Positions 1 to 13,904 of a stretch of DNA of 64,000 bases are shown here, in pieces. The stretch's first letter is position 1; the number at the start of each line of letters is the position of its first letter. The translations under genes were made by a program, and so were the position numbers. Below the pieces are notes generated by a model, which saw only the letters and a list, made by a program, of their open reading frames with translations, was not told where the DNA came from and did not search any database. Origin of the DNA: Mytilus trossulus (lineage: Eukaryota); contig NC_086384.1 in NCBI RefSeq assembly GCF_036588685.1, forward strand, positions 992,001-1,056,000. The letters run 5' to 3'.

Positions 1-66
1 TACTTTCAAGTGGCTTCATAAATTTACGTTTAAAATGTCATTAAAACAAAACCCAAACTCGAATGA

Positions 67-720
67 AAATCATTTCACTATTGAAATCGTTGAAAGCTGT
101 TGACAACATTTAGGCTCATTATTAAAGTGGATATACAACGTACCTGTTATGCAAGGAAATATACTATCGAAAGATATGGTTAATTGAAGTACGTTTGCAG
201 CTTCTTCAAATGACAAGGTAAAATACCTCCAAATCATAGCAAGTCACATCCAGTTGAATACGAGAAAGAGTAAAAAAAAAATATAAACTTGAATTTTGGC
301 AGTTGTATGAAATTAAGGCAACAGTAGTATACCGCTGTTCGAAATTCATAAATCGATTGATAACAACAAATCCGAGTTACAAACTTAAACTGAGGGAAAC
401 ACATCAGATATTAGAGGAGAACAACGACACAACAGAAACCCAACACAAAATGTCAAACCCAAAATCTAACAAATGAAGAATCTAAATCATTTCACTAGTT
501 GAAATTTTGAAAGATGTTGACGACGTTTGAAATCATTTTCAAAGTGAATAAACATTATTTTCCGTCATGCGGGAAATAAACTGTAGAAATCCATGGTTAT
601 GTAAGGTAAATTTAAATTTGCAGCTTCTTCTTATAGCATGGAGTAATACTAACAAAATATATAACGTCACGTCCGGTTGCTGACACAATTGTCGAAAAAT
701 ATTCCTTGAATTTGACTGGT
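67..720. repeat. Diverged local duplication (about 67-310 vs about 484-725) separated by an interspersed-repeat fragment
   Basis: aaatcatttcacta...gaaag(c/a)tgttgac, tttgcagcttctt and cttgaattt occur twice, about 417 nt apart. Confidence 0.6.
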
Positions 721-2166
721 GTAGGAAATTAATTCCTTATTTAATTGCAGTTAAAAATGTCTAGTTATAAACATATATCTTTGGTGTTTTTTTTTATGTT
801 TTGTATATAGAATATTTTGGAAATTTGGGGTTACATTATTACTGAAGCTTGAACACCAGAAAGAAAAGGTCAAATACGATTGATAATTGTTGGTGATGGT
901 TAATTTCTTATATGCAATGTTATGTTATGTTACATTACGCATTTAGTACTAGACAAGTGTCCTTACCCATTCAAGTGTTTCTTTTAATTGAAACAAAGAA
1001 TTATGTAAAAAAAAATTTAAGCGAAAAAGGCTTTTAGGGTAAAATCTATAGTAGCAATATACCAGAAACACATTTTGGTCGTACTCATAGTTAGGTTTTT
1101 CCTTGTATAATTGTATGATCATTCAGATGGTTACTAGATCATGCATGAAGGAAAAATATAAGAATATAAAAAAAGAAGATGATGTATGATGTCAATGAGA
1201 TAACACTTTAAAGAACAAATGACACAGAAATCAATAACTATAGATTTGGGCTTCAATGTTGAGCAAAACCCATGCCACATAAAAAGGCCCCGAAATTACA
1301 AATGTAAAAGGATGCAAGAAAGAAAACCAATTGCCTTGTTAATGCACAAAAAATAAACTTAAAACAAATATGCAAAACAGCAACAAACAACAACATCTGA
1401 ATTAAAGGCTCCTGAATTGGGATAGTCACATATAAAAACAAAATGTGGTGGGTTTAACGCTGCTAGAGGGATGATCCAAACCCTTCCTCTAACCTGGGAC
1501 ATTGGTGTCACAGTACCATATTTTCAACTACAAATCAGTAAAAAAGAATAAATCATTAGATGGATACAAATAGAAATACACATACTTTAGTAACTAAAAC
1601 AAAGTGTGACCAGGTACTTGTACATGCCAACAACAAAACAACACTAAGTAAAGATCTGAGAAACGGATTTTTCATAACGGTCAACCAACTCGTGATGGCG
1701 TCTTTAAAAGTTAAGAATTGGTGATTTCAACAACACCATCTGGAACTCTCAATGGAAAGGTCACAATTGGGAAGCTGAATTTTATGAAGTGTAAAGACCA
1801 GTCCTAAAGATAACTACAAATTACTGCCATTTAGTTGAGTGCATTTTTTTTTTACGAATTATACTATTTACCCGATTTGTTATCTCATCAGCAACACGAC
1901 GGGTTCCACATGTGGAGCAGTATCTGCTTCCCCTTCCGGAGCACCAGATATCACCCCTAGTTTTTGGTTGGGTTCGTGTTGCTTATTCTTTAGTTTCCGA
2001 TGTTGTGTCATGGCGTTGTCAGCTTATTTTCCATTTATGAGTTTGAATCTCCATCTGGCATCTTTCATTTCTCTTTTATATGACTACAAAATACAGTTTT
2101 CTATAATTTCTTCAATAACAAAAACATACGAATCAAATGTATCGAAGGGATTTCATTCTGAACAGA

Positions 2167-2353
2167 NNNNNNNNNNNNNNNNNNNNNNNNNNNNNNNNNN
2201 NNNNNNNNNNNNNNNNNNNNNNNNNNNNNNNNNNNNNNNNNNNNNNNNNNNNNNNNNNNNNNNNNNNNNNNNNNNNNNNNNNNNNNNNNNNNNNNNNNNN
2301 NNNNNNNNNNNNNNNNNNNNNNNNNNNNNNNNNNNNNNNNNNNNNNNNNNNNN
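2167..2353. other. Assembly gap (187 N)
   Basis: Run of N. Confidence 1.
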
Positions 2354-5300
2354 AATTGTAATTTTTAACAAATGAAATGCTTCAGTACCCCGTTCACAAC
2401 TTTTTTAGTTTTTTTTTATAATGAAAACAAAAAGTTAATCATCAAACGCTCAATACCTCTAATTGCCGTTTGTTTTATTTGTAAAAAAAAAAAAAATCCG
2501 CCACATTAAGCGTCTAACAATATTTGTTTAATGACAAGAAAGTTTTGATGCATTTGTTTGAACTAATCCACCAAGTGTAATGACCTTCTGTTACACTCAC
2601 TATACAGACATACAATGTGCATGGACAGTACGTGATTTTGTTACTTGTAGCATAGAAGATATTTGTATCTTCACTAACTTCTGACTACGCTATATTTTAG
2701 GGACATTATAACATATAACGAGGGTTAATATTTTATTTGTTGTTTTACGATGACATATTTATAACCAGATTGACACATATGTCTGTGTTCCATAAATATT
2801 TTGTAAGTGTTGATGTAATGTTTTAATTGATTACGATTACTTTTGCGAAATATATATCTTTAAGGTTGGAAATTTGATCCATTGTTGTAAAAGGATTATG
2901 AAATATACGGTTTCCCAAAAAAAAGGAAATGATTTTTTTTGGCCTGTTAGAATTATTCATATATAATCAGTGTAGTTTTATGGGATTCAAGTTCTTTTTA
3001 GAGCTATTCATTTTGAGTTTCTACGATAATTGTTAACCTCCTGCTGTTAAAAAATGAGAAAATATTAGAGATTATTAAGTAGATTTGACGACCTCAATAT
3101 CAAATCTTTGATCAACAAAATGGAAATCCCTTTAACTTCTTTATTTTATTCTAAGTTTTATCGACGAAACATGCAAAGAAGAAATTATTATGTGTATTTT
3201 TTGTTTTATGTACGATATATATTTTCATATAAAAAGTGTTTAAATGTTGCATTATATTTATAGAAAAAGAAGATGTGGTATGATTGCCAATGACACTATT
3301 CTCAACAAGACACCTAACTGACACAGAAATTACCAGCTAAAGGTCACCGTCCGGTCCTTAACAATGAGACATGCAAATAAAACATATTCAGATTTAAAAA
3401 GGCTCCGTTGGTTTCCCCGTTTGAATGGTTTTACACTAGTAATTTTGGGGCCCTTTATAGCTTGTTGTTCGGTGTGAGCCAAGGCTCCGTGTTGAAGGCC
3501 GTACTTTAACCTATAATGGTTTACTTTTTAAATTTTTATTTGGATGGAGAGTTGTCTCATTGGCACTCACACCACATCTTCCTATATCTATTCGAAGTGA
3601 CAATGAAAAACAATTCAAACGAGAAAACTAACGGCCTAATTTACGAAAAAAAATGAACAAAAAACAAAAATGTAACACATAAAAAAACACAAAACCTGAA
3701 CAACAAGGCTCCTGACAGGCACATACATAGAGAATGTGTCGGGGTTAAGCATGTTAGTGGGATCACAATTCTTCCCATAATCTGCGAAAGTGGTGTAACA
3801 GTACAAAAAAAGAATGAACTTTAAAATTCAGTTGAAAAAGGCAGATGGATAAAAAAGAAACATATACTTCTAATACAAGTAGACGTGGCCGGTTACATGT
3901 TCGTCCTAACAACAAAAAGATCCTAAGTACAGATCTGAAAGTATTCGCAATTACTGACAGCTACTTCAAAGCCACTAACAACTAATACAAAACATCATGC
4001 ATCTTAGAATTTATTATCAATCAGAACACGTTAAACATCAAGTGAATTTAGTGTAAAGACGTCATAAACAGTCAGAATCAAAACAGGACCTTGTGCAATA
4101 CCAGGATACAGGTATAGAAATATTGTAGATCCATGAATGTGTATATGTATGTAACAATGATATTTATAAATAAGAATATGTGGTATGAGTGCCAATGAGA
4201 CAACTATCAATCCAAATAACAATTTATAAAAGTAAACCATCATAGGTCAATTAACGACCTTCAACACGGAGCATTATCTGACATCAAACACAAGCTATAA
4301 AGGGCCCAAAACTAACTAGACAGTATAAAATATATTCAAACGGGAAAACCAACGGTCTAACCTTTATAAAAAAAAACAGAAACAAGAAACACGTATAAAT
4401 TACATAAACAAACGACAACTACTGTACATCAGATTCCTGACTTAGGAAATGTGCAAGCATTTGCAGCGGGATTAAACATTTAAATGGTACCAATCCCTCT
4501 CCCTTTTTCAGAGGCAATAGTATAACGTCACAACACAGAAAACCACACGATAAAATATCAATAGGAAAGCTAAACTCAATAAAAAAAAAACGTATATTAA
4601 AACACTATGAACGAACAAATTTGATCTGCGACGCCGGAATGTAAATACATAGTTAATAAAGTTTTTAGGGGTATATGTTTAAGGTCAAAAGTAAATAAAC
4701 AAGATTTAAGAAGAAATTGAATAATTTTAATGTTCATAAAACAATGAATTTAGTTTGCTTTTGATTTACTGATAACAAAATCAATTTTAATACCAATAAA
4801 CAAAATATTAAGTGATTTAATTACAGTCACTGTGTTGAATTGGTAACCTTTTAGGATAAGTTTTTTAAAAAGAACCAACAATTTTTCAAATTTAAATTTC
4901 TGGGCACGGTAAACAATATTTCAGTAAAAATGAGTATATTTTTTCAGTTTGAAGTAACTAAGTTGGCTTAATAATTATCAGCAATACATGGATTATGTTC
5001 GTTATAATTGAAATCGTTACAACAGACACGGGCATAGCGAACGAGCTGTGAACTATAAACACCATAAGGTGGTGCCAAAGGAACATCACCATCCAAAAAT
5101 GGAAAATTAACAACCCTTTTTGTCGTAAATTTTAGTGTGAATATTGCGGTAAAACAATAAAATATCTTAATCTACATGTAGGAAGGACAGTTTTTTCCTT
5201 TTAATTTTTTTATCTAAAGTTAGTTCATTTATGTTAATTTACGCAGTATATTAAGATTTTTTTTTAATTATTTAACGAAAGAAATATTATTCAAATATCG

Positions 5301-5942
5301 GAAGATGTCAGTTTAAGCGATAGTGTATCATAAGTCGTGTCCGATTCTTGTGACTTTAAGAGCTTGTCTCACAGAAAATCATGCAAAAGTGTCGAGGAGT
5401 GAATTTTGCGGAATCTCTTTAAATTTTGTACACACAATACTTAGGCAATCCCAATATCACTTGCAAAATTTTTTGCTTAAATTTTAACTGATAGACGATT
5501 TTTGTGGCGCCATCTTTTTCATCATTTTTTTACGGGAAAATTGCCAAATTTAAGTTTTTTTTATGAATTCAATTCAAACAAATAATCAGTTCTAGTCATG
5601 ATAAATATCTCTTTTGACCAATGCATGTGATAAAGCATTATTAAGGAAATAAAAAAAATGTAACTTATAAATATATAATTGATTTTTTATAGTAGGGCCT
5701 CTATATTTATTAAATGGGTGTTTAAGGAATTAGCTATTTTACCAAATTAAGGACCTTAAAAGTAATATATAAATATAGATACGGTTATGTATGATGACAC
5801 ACTTAAAATATATGATCTAAATCCTTATCTTTATAATGTATAAAATCGTCCGAAAACTCATCTCAATCTTTTTTTGTGGTTTCTTTCATTTTTTTTTTGT
5901 ATATAAAATAAATTAATATTTTGAAAATTGATCGTATAAATG

Positions 5943-6069
5943 ACATCAAAGCAATTATGATGCATGATAACAAATGGCTTGACTATGTGGTATGTAATCG
6001 TCTTTTTTCAGTATAAAAGTAGGAACATTTACAGAGTCAGCACAGGTTATATCTAACTCCTATACTAAG
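5943..6069 (+). promoter_or_regulatory. Promoter and non-coding exon 1 of Gly/Tyr-rich gene A
   Basis: TATAAAA 6012-6018; Inr-like TCAGCAC near 6037; donor AAG|GTACGT at 6070; alignable with the paralog promoter at 14619-14774. Confidence 0.8.
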
Positions 6070-6880
6070 GTACGTTTTCTAAAATCTTACTAGAATTGTC
6101 TGCTTTTAATTTTCAATATCGTGTTTGAATTTTATGTTTATTCTTTGAGATATCAAGACACTAAGAATCCATCAAACACTGTTATAAGGAGAACACTATT
6201 TTTTTTTCGAAAGTTCATTTTTAAATGAAAACTATCTAAGATAGTCAGTCACCAAGGATCACGTGCAAAGTCCCGCAATTTATTGATGTAGATTGGTTTA
6301 TTTTTTCGAACCTTTCTGTGTTTCAAACTTTCACTTGTTTGTGTTTTTTCTACATTTAGAGATGGATTTTTGGGAGCTTGAGAGAGAATAAATATTCAAG
6401 AGAATATTTTCTATTTAAATAAATGTTTTATGATTTCATTCGAAAAGCTCATATCCACTTATGATATATTAATGTATATTTTGCTCTGTTAAAGTTTATT
6501 TTATAAATAACCCGAGTTTTCTATTTTGGTTTATTTATCTTCGATAAATTTTCTTCATATATAAAATTAACAATTATCGTAAACACAGTTGTTGTTTTTT
6601 TCAATCAAAAAATATAGAATTTACAAAAAAAGAACTTTCCTTTAAATTTTCAATCGTTTTGGCTATTTAATGTTTTAAATTTGCATATGTCTGACGTAAA
6701 GAAACATTTGTTTTATTCACGTATTGGTTTCTCAAGCAACTCAGTGGGCTTGTCCTAGTATTCAGTACACGTATATTGATAGGAAATAAGGTTATCTGTT
6801 GTATCAGTGTATATTCTTTGCAACAATAACTTATGATATATTATAATGTTTTCCTTGCAGTACAGACGATCCATATCAAA

Positions 6881-7732
6881 ATGGTTTTCACTCTCGCCGT
6901 CGTATTGCTGACTGTCTTCAGTTCTGCCTACTGCTCTGGTAAAGACTCATATGGATATGGTAGCGGGTATGGCTCTGGGTATGGATCCGGAGTTGGATCC
7001 GCAGTCCTTCTAGGAGGTGGCGGTAGTGGATATGGTGGTTACGGACTCGGATCCGGGATCGGATCTGTAGCTGTTCTAGGAGGTTTATCCGGCGCTGGAT
7101 ATGGACCAGTAGGTAAAGGCGGATACGGACCAGCACCAGTTGTTGTCAGTGGTGGATACGGCTCTGGGTATGGCTCTGGGTATGGATCCGGGGTTGGATC
7201 TGCAGTTCTTCTAGGAGGTGGCGGTAGTGGATATGGTGGTTATGGACTCGGATCCGGTGTTGGATCTTTAGCTGTTCTAGGAGGTTTATCCGGCGCTGGA
7301 TATGGACCAGTAGGTAAAGGCGGATACGGACCAGCACCAGTTGTTGTCAGTGGTGGATACGGCTCTGGATATGGCTCTGGGTATGGATCCGGAGTTGGAT
7401 CTGCAGTCCTTCTAGGAGGTGGCGGTAGTGGATATGATGGTTACGGAATTGGATCCGGTGTTGGATCTTTAGCTGTTCTAGGAGGTTTATCCGGCGCTGG
7501 ATATGGACCAGTAGGTAAAGGCGGATACGGACCAGCACCAGTTGTTGTCAGTGGTGGATACGGTTCAGGATATGGATCTGGATATGGATCCGGAGTTGGA
7601 TCTGCAGTCCTTCTAGGAGGTGGCGGAAGCGGATATGGACCAGTTTCAGTCGGAGCAGGATACGGACCAGTCTCCGTAGTTTCCGCTGGTGTCGGAGGCG
7701 GTTATGGTTACGGAAAAGGATCACAATATTAG
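6881..7732 (+). CDS. Secreted Gly/Tyr/Ser/Val-rich repetitive structural protein A (283 aa; shell, periostracum or byssus matrix-type)
   Basis: Acceptor ttccttgcag| at 6860; ATG 6881 in an aaaATGG context; signal peptide MVFTLAVVLLTVFSSAYCS; about 3.4 tandem 67-aa (201-nt) units GYGSGYGSGYGSGVGSAVLLGGGGSG...GPAPVVVSG; ends GKGSQY*. Confidence 0.9.
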   Translation: MVFTLAVVLLTVFSSAYCSGKDSYGYGSGYGSGYGSGVGSAVLLGGGGSGYGGYGLGSGIGSVAVLGGLSGAGYGPVGKGGYGPAPVVVSGGYGSGYGSGYGSGVGSAVLLGGGGSGYGGYGLGSGVGSLAVLGGLSGAGYGPVGKGGYGPAPVVVSGGYGSGYGSGYGSGVGSAVLLGGGGSGYDGYGIGSGVGSLAVLGGLSGAGYGPVGKGGYGPAPVVVSGGYGSGYGSGYGSGVGSAVLLGGGGSGYGPVSVGAGYGPVSVVSAGVGGGYGYGKGSQY

Positions 7733-8223
7733 GTATTTTTCCGTATGAAAACACAATATATGTCCGTTCCGTCATGTTTTTTAAGGCGAAACAATGTTAT
7801 AATAGACTGTATCTACAATGTATAACGTGAAAGGTCAAACTAAAGCTGTGAAAGTATTTTAAAGCCAATGCAAAATAAGCATATCAAAGTGAACATTGGA
7901 ACAAACCTTTCTTTATGAATGTAAAAGGAACATTGATCTTAATTAAACTATAAAAAAATACTAGTAATATAATTTGCTTTAAAAAAAACAACAGGTGCGA
8001 CGATTTGAAACGATTTGTACATTGTCATCAGAAAAAAACATATTTATAGTATTGGAATATAGATTGTTACGCTATTTCTGACTGAATGAGGACTTTTGCC
8101 AATTTATTTTATGGGTAACGTTCACCATTGAAAGTTACCTTGCGCAATAGCAGTTAAGGTTTCAAGTGCTGTAGAGAATCAAAGCCATTACATATTTCTA
8201 TTCATTATGTTTTATATTTGCAG

Positions 8224-8369
8224 AATAAGTGATTACTTACAAGATCCCCGAAGATGATGACTCCATAGTACTTTCAATGTCAAGAACAGTCCGTTGTCCG
8301 TGTAAGCTCATCCCTTACATCGGTCGAGGATGTTACTACAGAATTATGTAGATAAAATTCATTAATAAA
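8224..8369 (+). other. Non-coding 3' exon of gene A with poly(A) signal
   Basis: Donor TAG|GTATTT at 7733; acceptor tatttgcag| at 8223; exon homologous to those at 17819 and 38175; AATAAA 8364-8369. Confidence 0.75.
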
Positions 8370-11300
8370 GATTTGCCTCCGATACAATTACAGATTGAAA
8401 CTTTGTTATATTAAAAAATGGACCCTAGTCGCATTGTTAAAGTTATGCACTCTCTGTTTGGGTTCACCGTTACTGGACATACGTTTAACAAATGACGACG
8501 AATATCTTCAAATTATCGTAACTACAATCCCATTCTCTTCTCCTGGAATATGACATATCACTAAATGTTTTTTTATCACTTGTTGTCGATTAGCAACACG
8601 AGTGGTGCTACTTTTTAGCAGGATCTTGAAAGCACTTGCAAGCACCTTTGATATTCAAAACCCCTCTCCAGATAGATTTTTCATTTTTTTGTTGAGTTAG
8701 AGGTAGTCAATATTTGTGCATGTTACTTGTAGAATGTTATTTGTCTTTCTATTTTTTATATGTCGTTATCAGTTTGTTTCCAATTTGAGAGTACAAATAT
8801 ATTTTCTTCAGCAATTCATTTACTACTAATCTTATTTATCAAGAATAAATGGAAATGTTAGGTAACAGCAGCAGAAAACAAAAGAATTTCGAAGGTACCA
8901 TACTACACTCTACTACAAACAATCAGATTTGAACACTATAATATGGAGCTCCCAAAACCATTAAATATAGATTTAAAAAAGAAAGATATTGGAGAAGGAA
9001 AGGAGAAATAAAGTTGGTGTCAGACCCACTTTCTTTTGAATGAAAGCAAAAACATTAAACAAAAATTACATTTCAAACTAAAATAGTACAAAGTGGAAAA
9101 AATAGATTGATATTTTGTTAAAGAGGTAAATTTCATTTCCTTTATGGAAACGGCTTATTTAAAAAATGATAGATGGAGGTTCCCTCCTAGGACTGATATA
9201 TTTGCCGACATATTCATTGTAATAAAAGTCATAAATCCATTGACAAAAAACTAAATCAGGGTAACAAACTTAAACCGAGGGAAACGCATTAAATACAAGA
9301 GGAGAACAACGACACCACACTAAAATGTAATACACACAGAAACGGACCAGCATCAGACAAAATCCTACGAGAATAACAAATATAACATCAAAAACAAATA
9401 CATGAATTTGGGATAGACAAGTACCGTGACACGTATTATCGCAATTTTGAATTTACACTAAAAAATAAAAGAAAACAAACGACGCAACGTTAAAATGTAA
9501 CACACACACAGACACGAACAAAAATATAACAGTGGCCATATTCCTGACTTGCTACAGGACGTTTTAAATGAAAAAATGGTGGGTTGAACCTGGTTTTGTG
9601 GCATGCCAAACCTAATGGCAATGTTAAATATAACATTGAAATGACAACAAAAAAGTACAGGACTACAATACAAATAAATACTTATTAGACAAAGAAACAT
9701 ATAATTAATATTCTGATTGACTGACAGTGTTTGTCATCGACAAAAAAGCGTTTCACTGATGCTCGAAATAAAGTTAAAAAGGCCAAAAAAATAAATAGCA
9801 ATTAATTAATAAACTCATGATAGATACCCGGATTCAAATTTTACGAGCGTTTCGTCTACAAAAGACTCATCAGTGTTGAAGTTGAAGAACATACGGACCA
9901 CAAATTCCTAAAAGTTTTAAAAAGCGACTAATTTGCTTTGAACTAGCTTTCAATTTTTTATTTTAGTTTCATGTGTATAATTTGGAGTTTAGTATGACAT
10001 CGATTAACAATTTACTAGTATACATATTTTTAGGGGCCAGCTGAAGGACACCTACGGGTGTGGGAATTCTCGCTATATTGAAGACCAATTGGTGGCCTTC
10101 GGATGTTGTCTGCTCTATGGTCGGGTTGTTGTCACTTTGACACATTCACCATTTTCTTTCTCAGATTTATTTTTATTCAGTAACTTACATCTTAAAATTG
10201 ATAAGATCTTAAATCGACACTATGTGTCTTTTAACAAGGAAGATAAGTCTTAAAAACGGTTATTTTGATGTTTTAACATCATTCAAAAAGTCTTAACAAT
10301 AAATTACTCAAAAAGCCAATAACCTGCCCAAAAAGCAGATAACATCCGAAGGCTACCAATGGATCAATAACACAGCTAGAAAATCCCTCAGCTTCAGCTG
10401 GCCTCTAACTTAAAATAGTTAAATAGCACTAGTTAGTGATAATGGATGTCATACTAAACTACGAAATATGTAAATGAACTAAAATTAAAAATCATAGAAG
10501 ACTATTATCAAACAAAGGCCAGAGTCTCCTGATATAGGACAGGCGCAAACATGCAACTAGGTTAAACATGTTTTGTGAGACCTCAACCCACTCCCTATAT
10601 CTCTAGCCAATGTAGAAAAACCAAATACACAGCAATACGCACAGTACATCTCAGTTTGAAAAATATAAACAAAATGGCAGTAATAACTAATAACCAAAGG
10701 AATACTAGCAGTTACTGACATGCCAGTTCCAGACTTAAATTAAACTGATTGAAAGATTATGTCTTTATCATATGAGTATCAGGCACAATCCCGCCCGTTA
10801 GAGTTATAGTATCAAACCATGATAAAATATATTAGAACATAACCCGTATCTTGCCAACATTAGTTTTAGAATAGATATGATTATTTACGATTCAAAGACT
10901 CTAGAAGCGAATAAATATTAAAGCCAACATATGCCATCTTTAAATGACCTGACAACAGTATCGTAACTATATCCCTTCTCATCAAGTCTGTTTAAAGATT
11001 GTGTTAGAAGAAAATGCGCTTTGAAAAGAATGGATTGAAATAACTGAATATAAAAGGTGTAACGAGATTATCAAATACTAATTAAGAATTTTCAGAAGTA
11101 AAGTCCAGTGCAATTAAGTACAATTAAATACTATCGGAAATTTGTCGAGTCGAACGGTAAATTTTTGTATGTTTTTTATATGCTTTGTCTAAATGCCCTT
11201 TTGGGTTCTTTGTAACATATCTATTTGTTTCTATGCATTTGTTGTGGTTAAGATAATAAAAAAGGTTTACTGCTTTACCTATTTTGAAGTTTTTACCTAT

Positions 11301-11570
11301 TTTGTCTGTCTGTTTTGTTCACACATCGTGTCAAACAACAATTTTTATGCGGCTGTCGTACGAATCAGCAATTAAGCTGGCATAAAAACTAAAGTTAATC
11401 CACCGTTTCCTACATAAAAAAAATACCTGAACCAATTCAGGAATATGACAGTTGTTATCTATTTGTTGATGTGTTTGAGCTTTTGATTTTGCCATTTGAT
11501 AAGAACCTTTCCGTTTTGAATTTTCCTTGGAGTTCTATGTATTTATTTTTTTGAACATTTTTGGAATCGA

Positions 11571-11614
11571 GCGTCACTGATATGTCTTTTGTAGACGAAA
11601 CGCGCGTCTGGCGT
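11571..11614 (+). ncRNA. Minimal type I hammerhead ribozyme with mutated core
   Basis: Same fold as the 11944 copy, but CTGATAT replaces CTGATGA. Confidence 0.75.
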
Positions 11615-11943
11615 ATATATAAAATTTAGTCCTGGTATCTATGATGAGTTTATTTACAAACCACTGGGTCGATGCCACTACTGGTGGAGATTTATTTCCC
11701 TGATGAAACCACAAGCCCAGTAGTCAACCCTTTTTGTGCTGACATGAATTATCATTTATATTGTAATATTTATAAAATTAATAAACTGTTCACAAAATTT
11801 GGTTTTTTAAATACTAAGGCTTTTCTACCTCAGGCATAGAATACCTTAGCTGTATTTGACAACACTTTTAGATATTTTGGATCTCAATGCTCTTCAACTT
11901 CGTACTTTATATTATATGGCATTTTTAAGTTTTTTGGATTCGA

Positions 11944-11987
11944 GCGTCACTGATGAGTCTTTTGTAGACGAAACGCGCGTCTGGCGT
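11944..11987 (+). ncRNA. Minimal type I hammerhead ribozyme, intact; predicted cleavage after C11981
   Basis: Stem I gcgtca/tggcgt; CTGATGA; stem II gtct-tttgt-agac; GAAA; 1-bp stem III C-GCGC-G with a palindromic loop; GTC cleavage triplet. Confidence 0.88.
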
Positions 11988-12917
11988 ATATAGAAAATTT
12001 AGTTCTGGTATATATGATGAGTTTATAGATATTGATTCTACTTATATTTATAGATTTTGCAGATGTATTGAATTTTTGACATTATAATTGATGATTGTAA
12101 TTGGTATTGTTATAATAAATAATTGCCTGTTATTCAAATTAAAATGGGTCAAAGTATCTGTTGTGATTTTTGTTTTATTGGTGTTTTAGTACTGAAAATC
12201 TTTTTGCATAGTGTTTTATAAGATTTGTTAGTGTTCATTTCAAAACAATGTTTTTTTAAGAATTTGGAATAAAATATTGTTCGAATTGAAACTGATAAAA
12301 TAAATATTTCTTACCTCAACTTGAATAGTATAGCTGCTCGTTATCTGTTTTGGTTTCAATATAAATTTTGGTTGGTGTAGTCTAACGTTTGATTTTTTTC
12401 GGTTTAAAAGTCAGCCATACCTTTGAATGGACCCTCATATCTAATAAATAAATGCTTTAATATATTGTGTGGTTCGTGAGGTACTATGGAGAATTGTGTC
12501 TTGTCCACAACTTTGTATTGAAGCAAATAAGTTTTTATCTGTACTAAAATTTGTTTTGTTTAAACGCCCATTATCTTCAAGGAACGAATAGGTATTAGAA
12601 CTTTCGCTTACTTATTTGTGTTTTTAATCAAGTTTGGCCTTATTGTAACATATTAAATCAGAGTTGATGTAAACAAGAAATATGTCGTCAAGCAAGAAGT
12701 CCAGCATTTTAAAAATGTCAGTTTCAGAGAATATTTTTTCTGAATCAGTGTGATTTTAAACAAAGCAGAATGTATTCCTCCCTAAAACAAGGTACTTGCA
12801 TTCTCTTTGGCCATTTTTTTTACGAAAAAAATGCAATACAAATGTTTTTAATTTGGTTGATAGTTTGAAATGGGGCATGCTTGTGAAAAGTGTAAAAAGG
12901 TCATCTTCATTTTTTTA

Positions 12918-13115
12918 CATAAATAAGGCCGTTAGTTTTCTCGTTTGAATTGTTTTACATTGTCTTATCGGGGCCTTTTATAGCTGACTATGCGGTATGG
13001 GCTTTGTTCATTGTTGAAGGCCTTTCGGTGACTTATAGTTGTTAATGCTTGCGTCATTTTGGTCTTTTGTTGATAGTTGTCTCATTGGCAATCATACCAC
13101 ATGTTCTTTTTTATA
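12918..13115 (-). repeat. Abundant interspersed repeat family (aagaagatgtggtatgattgccaatgagacaac...), representative copy
   Basis: Related copies near 1173, 3267, 3404-3590 (-), 4172, 34390, 41313, 52163 and 59746. Confidence 0.75.
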
Positions 13116-13904
13116 TTTAGAATTGTTTAGAATGCACACCTTCTAAATGTCTAATTTCACAACAACTAAGAAACCGGGCATTAGTTTCTGATCAACTTGA
13201 TGTTAATGATTTAGAAAAAGGTTCCATGGAGCAATATGCTGTTGTTTGTAAGTACATTTATATATTCTAAGTTTCTAGTAATATGTGATACAGTGATGGA
13301 TAATCCAGTTTAAAAGGACAGAGTCATTAACGATTACAACAGAACAAAAACACATCTACAATTTAATGTAACGAATGTATTAAATTAAAGTGTTGAATGT
13401 AATGAATTTTTTTTACGTATCACAGCGAACATCAGAGATACATTTTGACCTCCGCTAAAGTGTTGAATTCAATGATACAAAGATGGGTTTATGATATGTC
13501 ACAACGATAATCAAAAAGATATCTTAGTATACACTAGACCGCAAATTGATGAGATGCGATGAGCCTGGGATACTTCTCTGACCAGATAGACATTTTGTCG
13601 TACCCTTAAACGTGAACCCTAACAGCGAAAATTTCAAATACCTTCTTTGTGTACTGAGAGGAAAAACTTTTGCTTCTTGAAGATCCTCGTAAGAGGTAAA
13701 AAAAAAAAAAGACACTCAATATATTCAACATGATATGTTTTTAAAAAAATACCCATCAGTAACGCTGAAATCATATAGTTAGTTGAACATATTGTCAAGT
13801 TATTACGAAACATTGAGAATCTATTACAGCTAATATTAACTTATTATTGCATAGAAAATCCTTTAAACTCCATTCAAACTTTAGTAAACAGTATAACAAT
13901 GATT

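Larger units (their letters stand above)
11556..12026 (+). mobile_element. Non-LTR retrozyme: 373-nt unit bracketed by two hammerhead ribozyme motifs
   Basis: Direct repeat of about 95 nt (tttttgga.tcgagcgtcactga...atgatgagtttat) at about 11558 and 11931; each copy contains a type I hammerhead motif. Confidence 0.8.

Noticed and set aside
1839-2375. ORFs spanning N gaps (also 25577-25992)
   Set aside because: Artefacts of N runs
6833-6880. Upstream ATG extensions of the ORF track (6833, also 15860)
   Set aside because: They lie in introns upstream of the acceptors; the signal peptides start at 6881 and 15974
10030-10105. HDV/CPEB3-like ribozyme (ggggcc.agc.gaag resemblance)
   Set aside because: No correctly placed P1 partner or nested pseudoknot could be drawn
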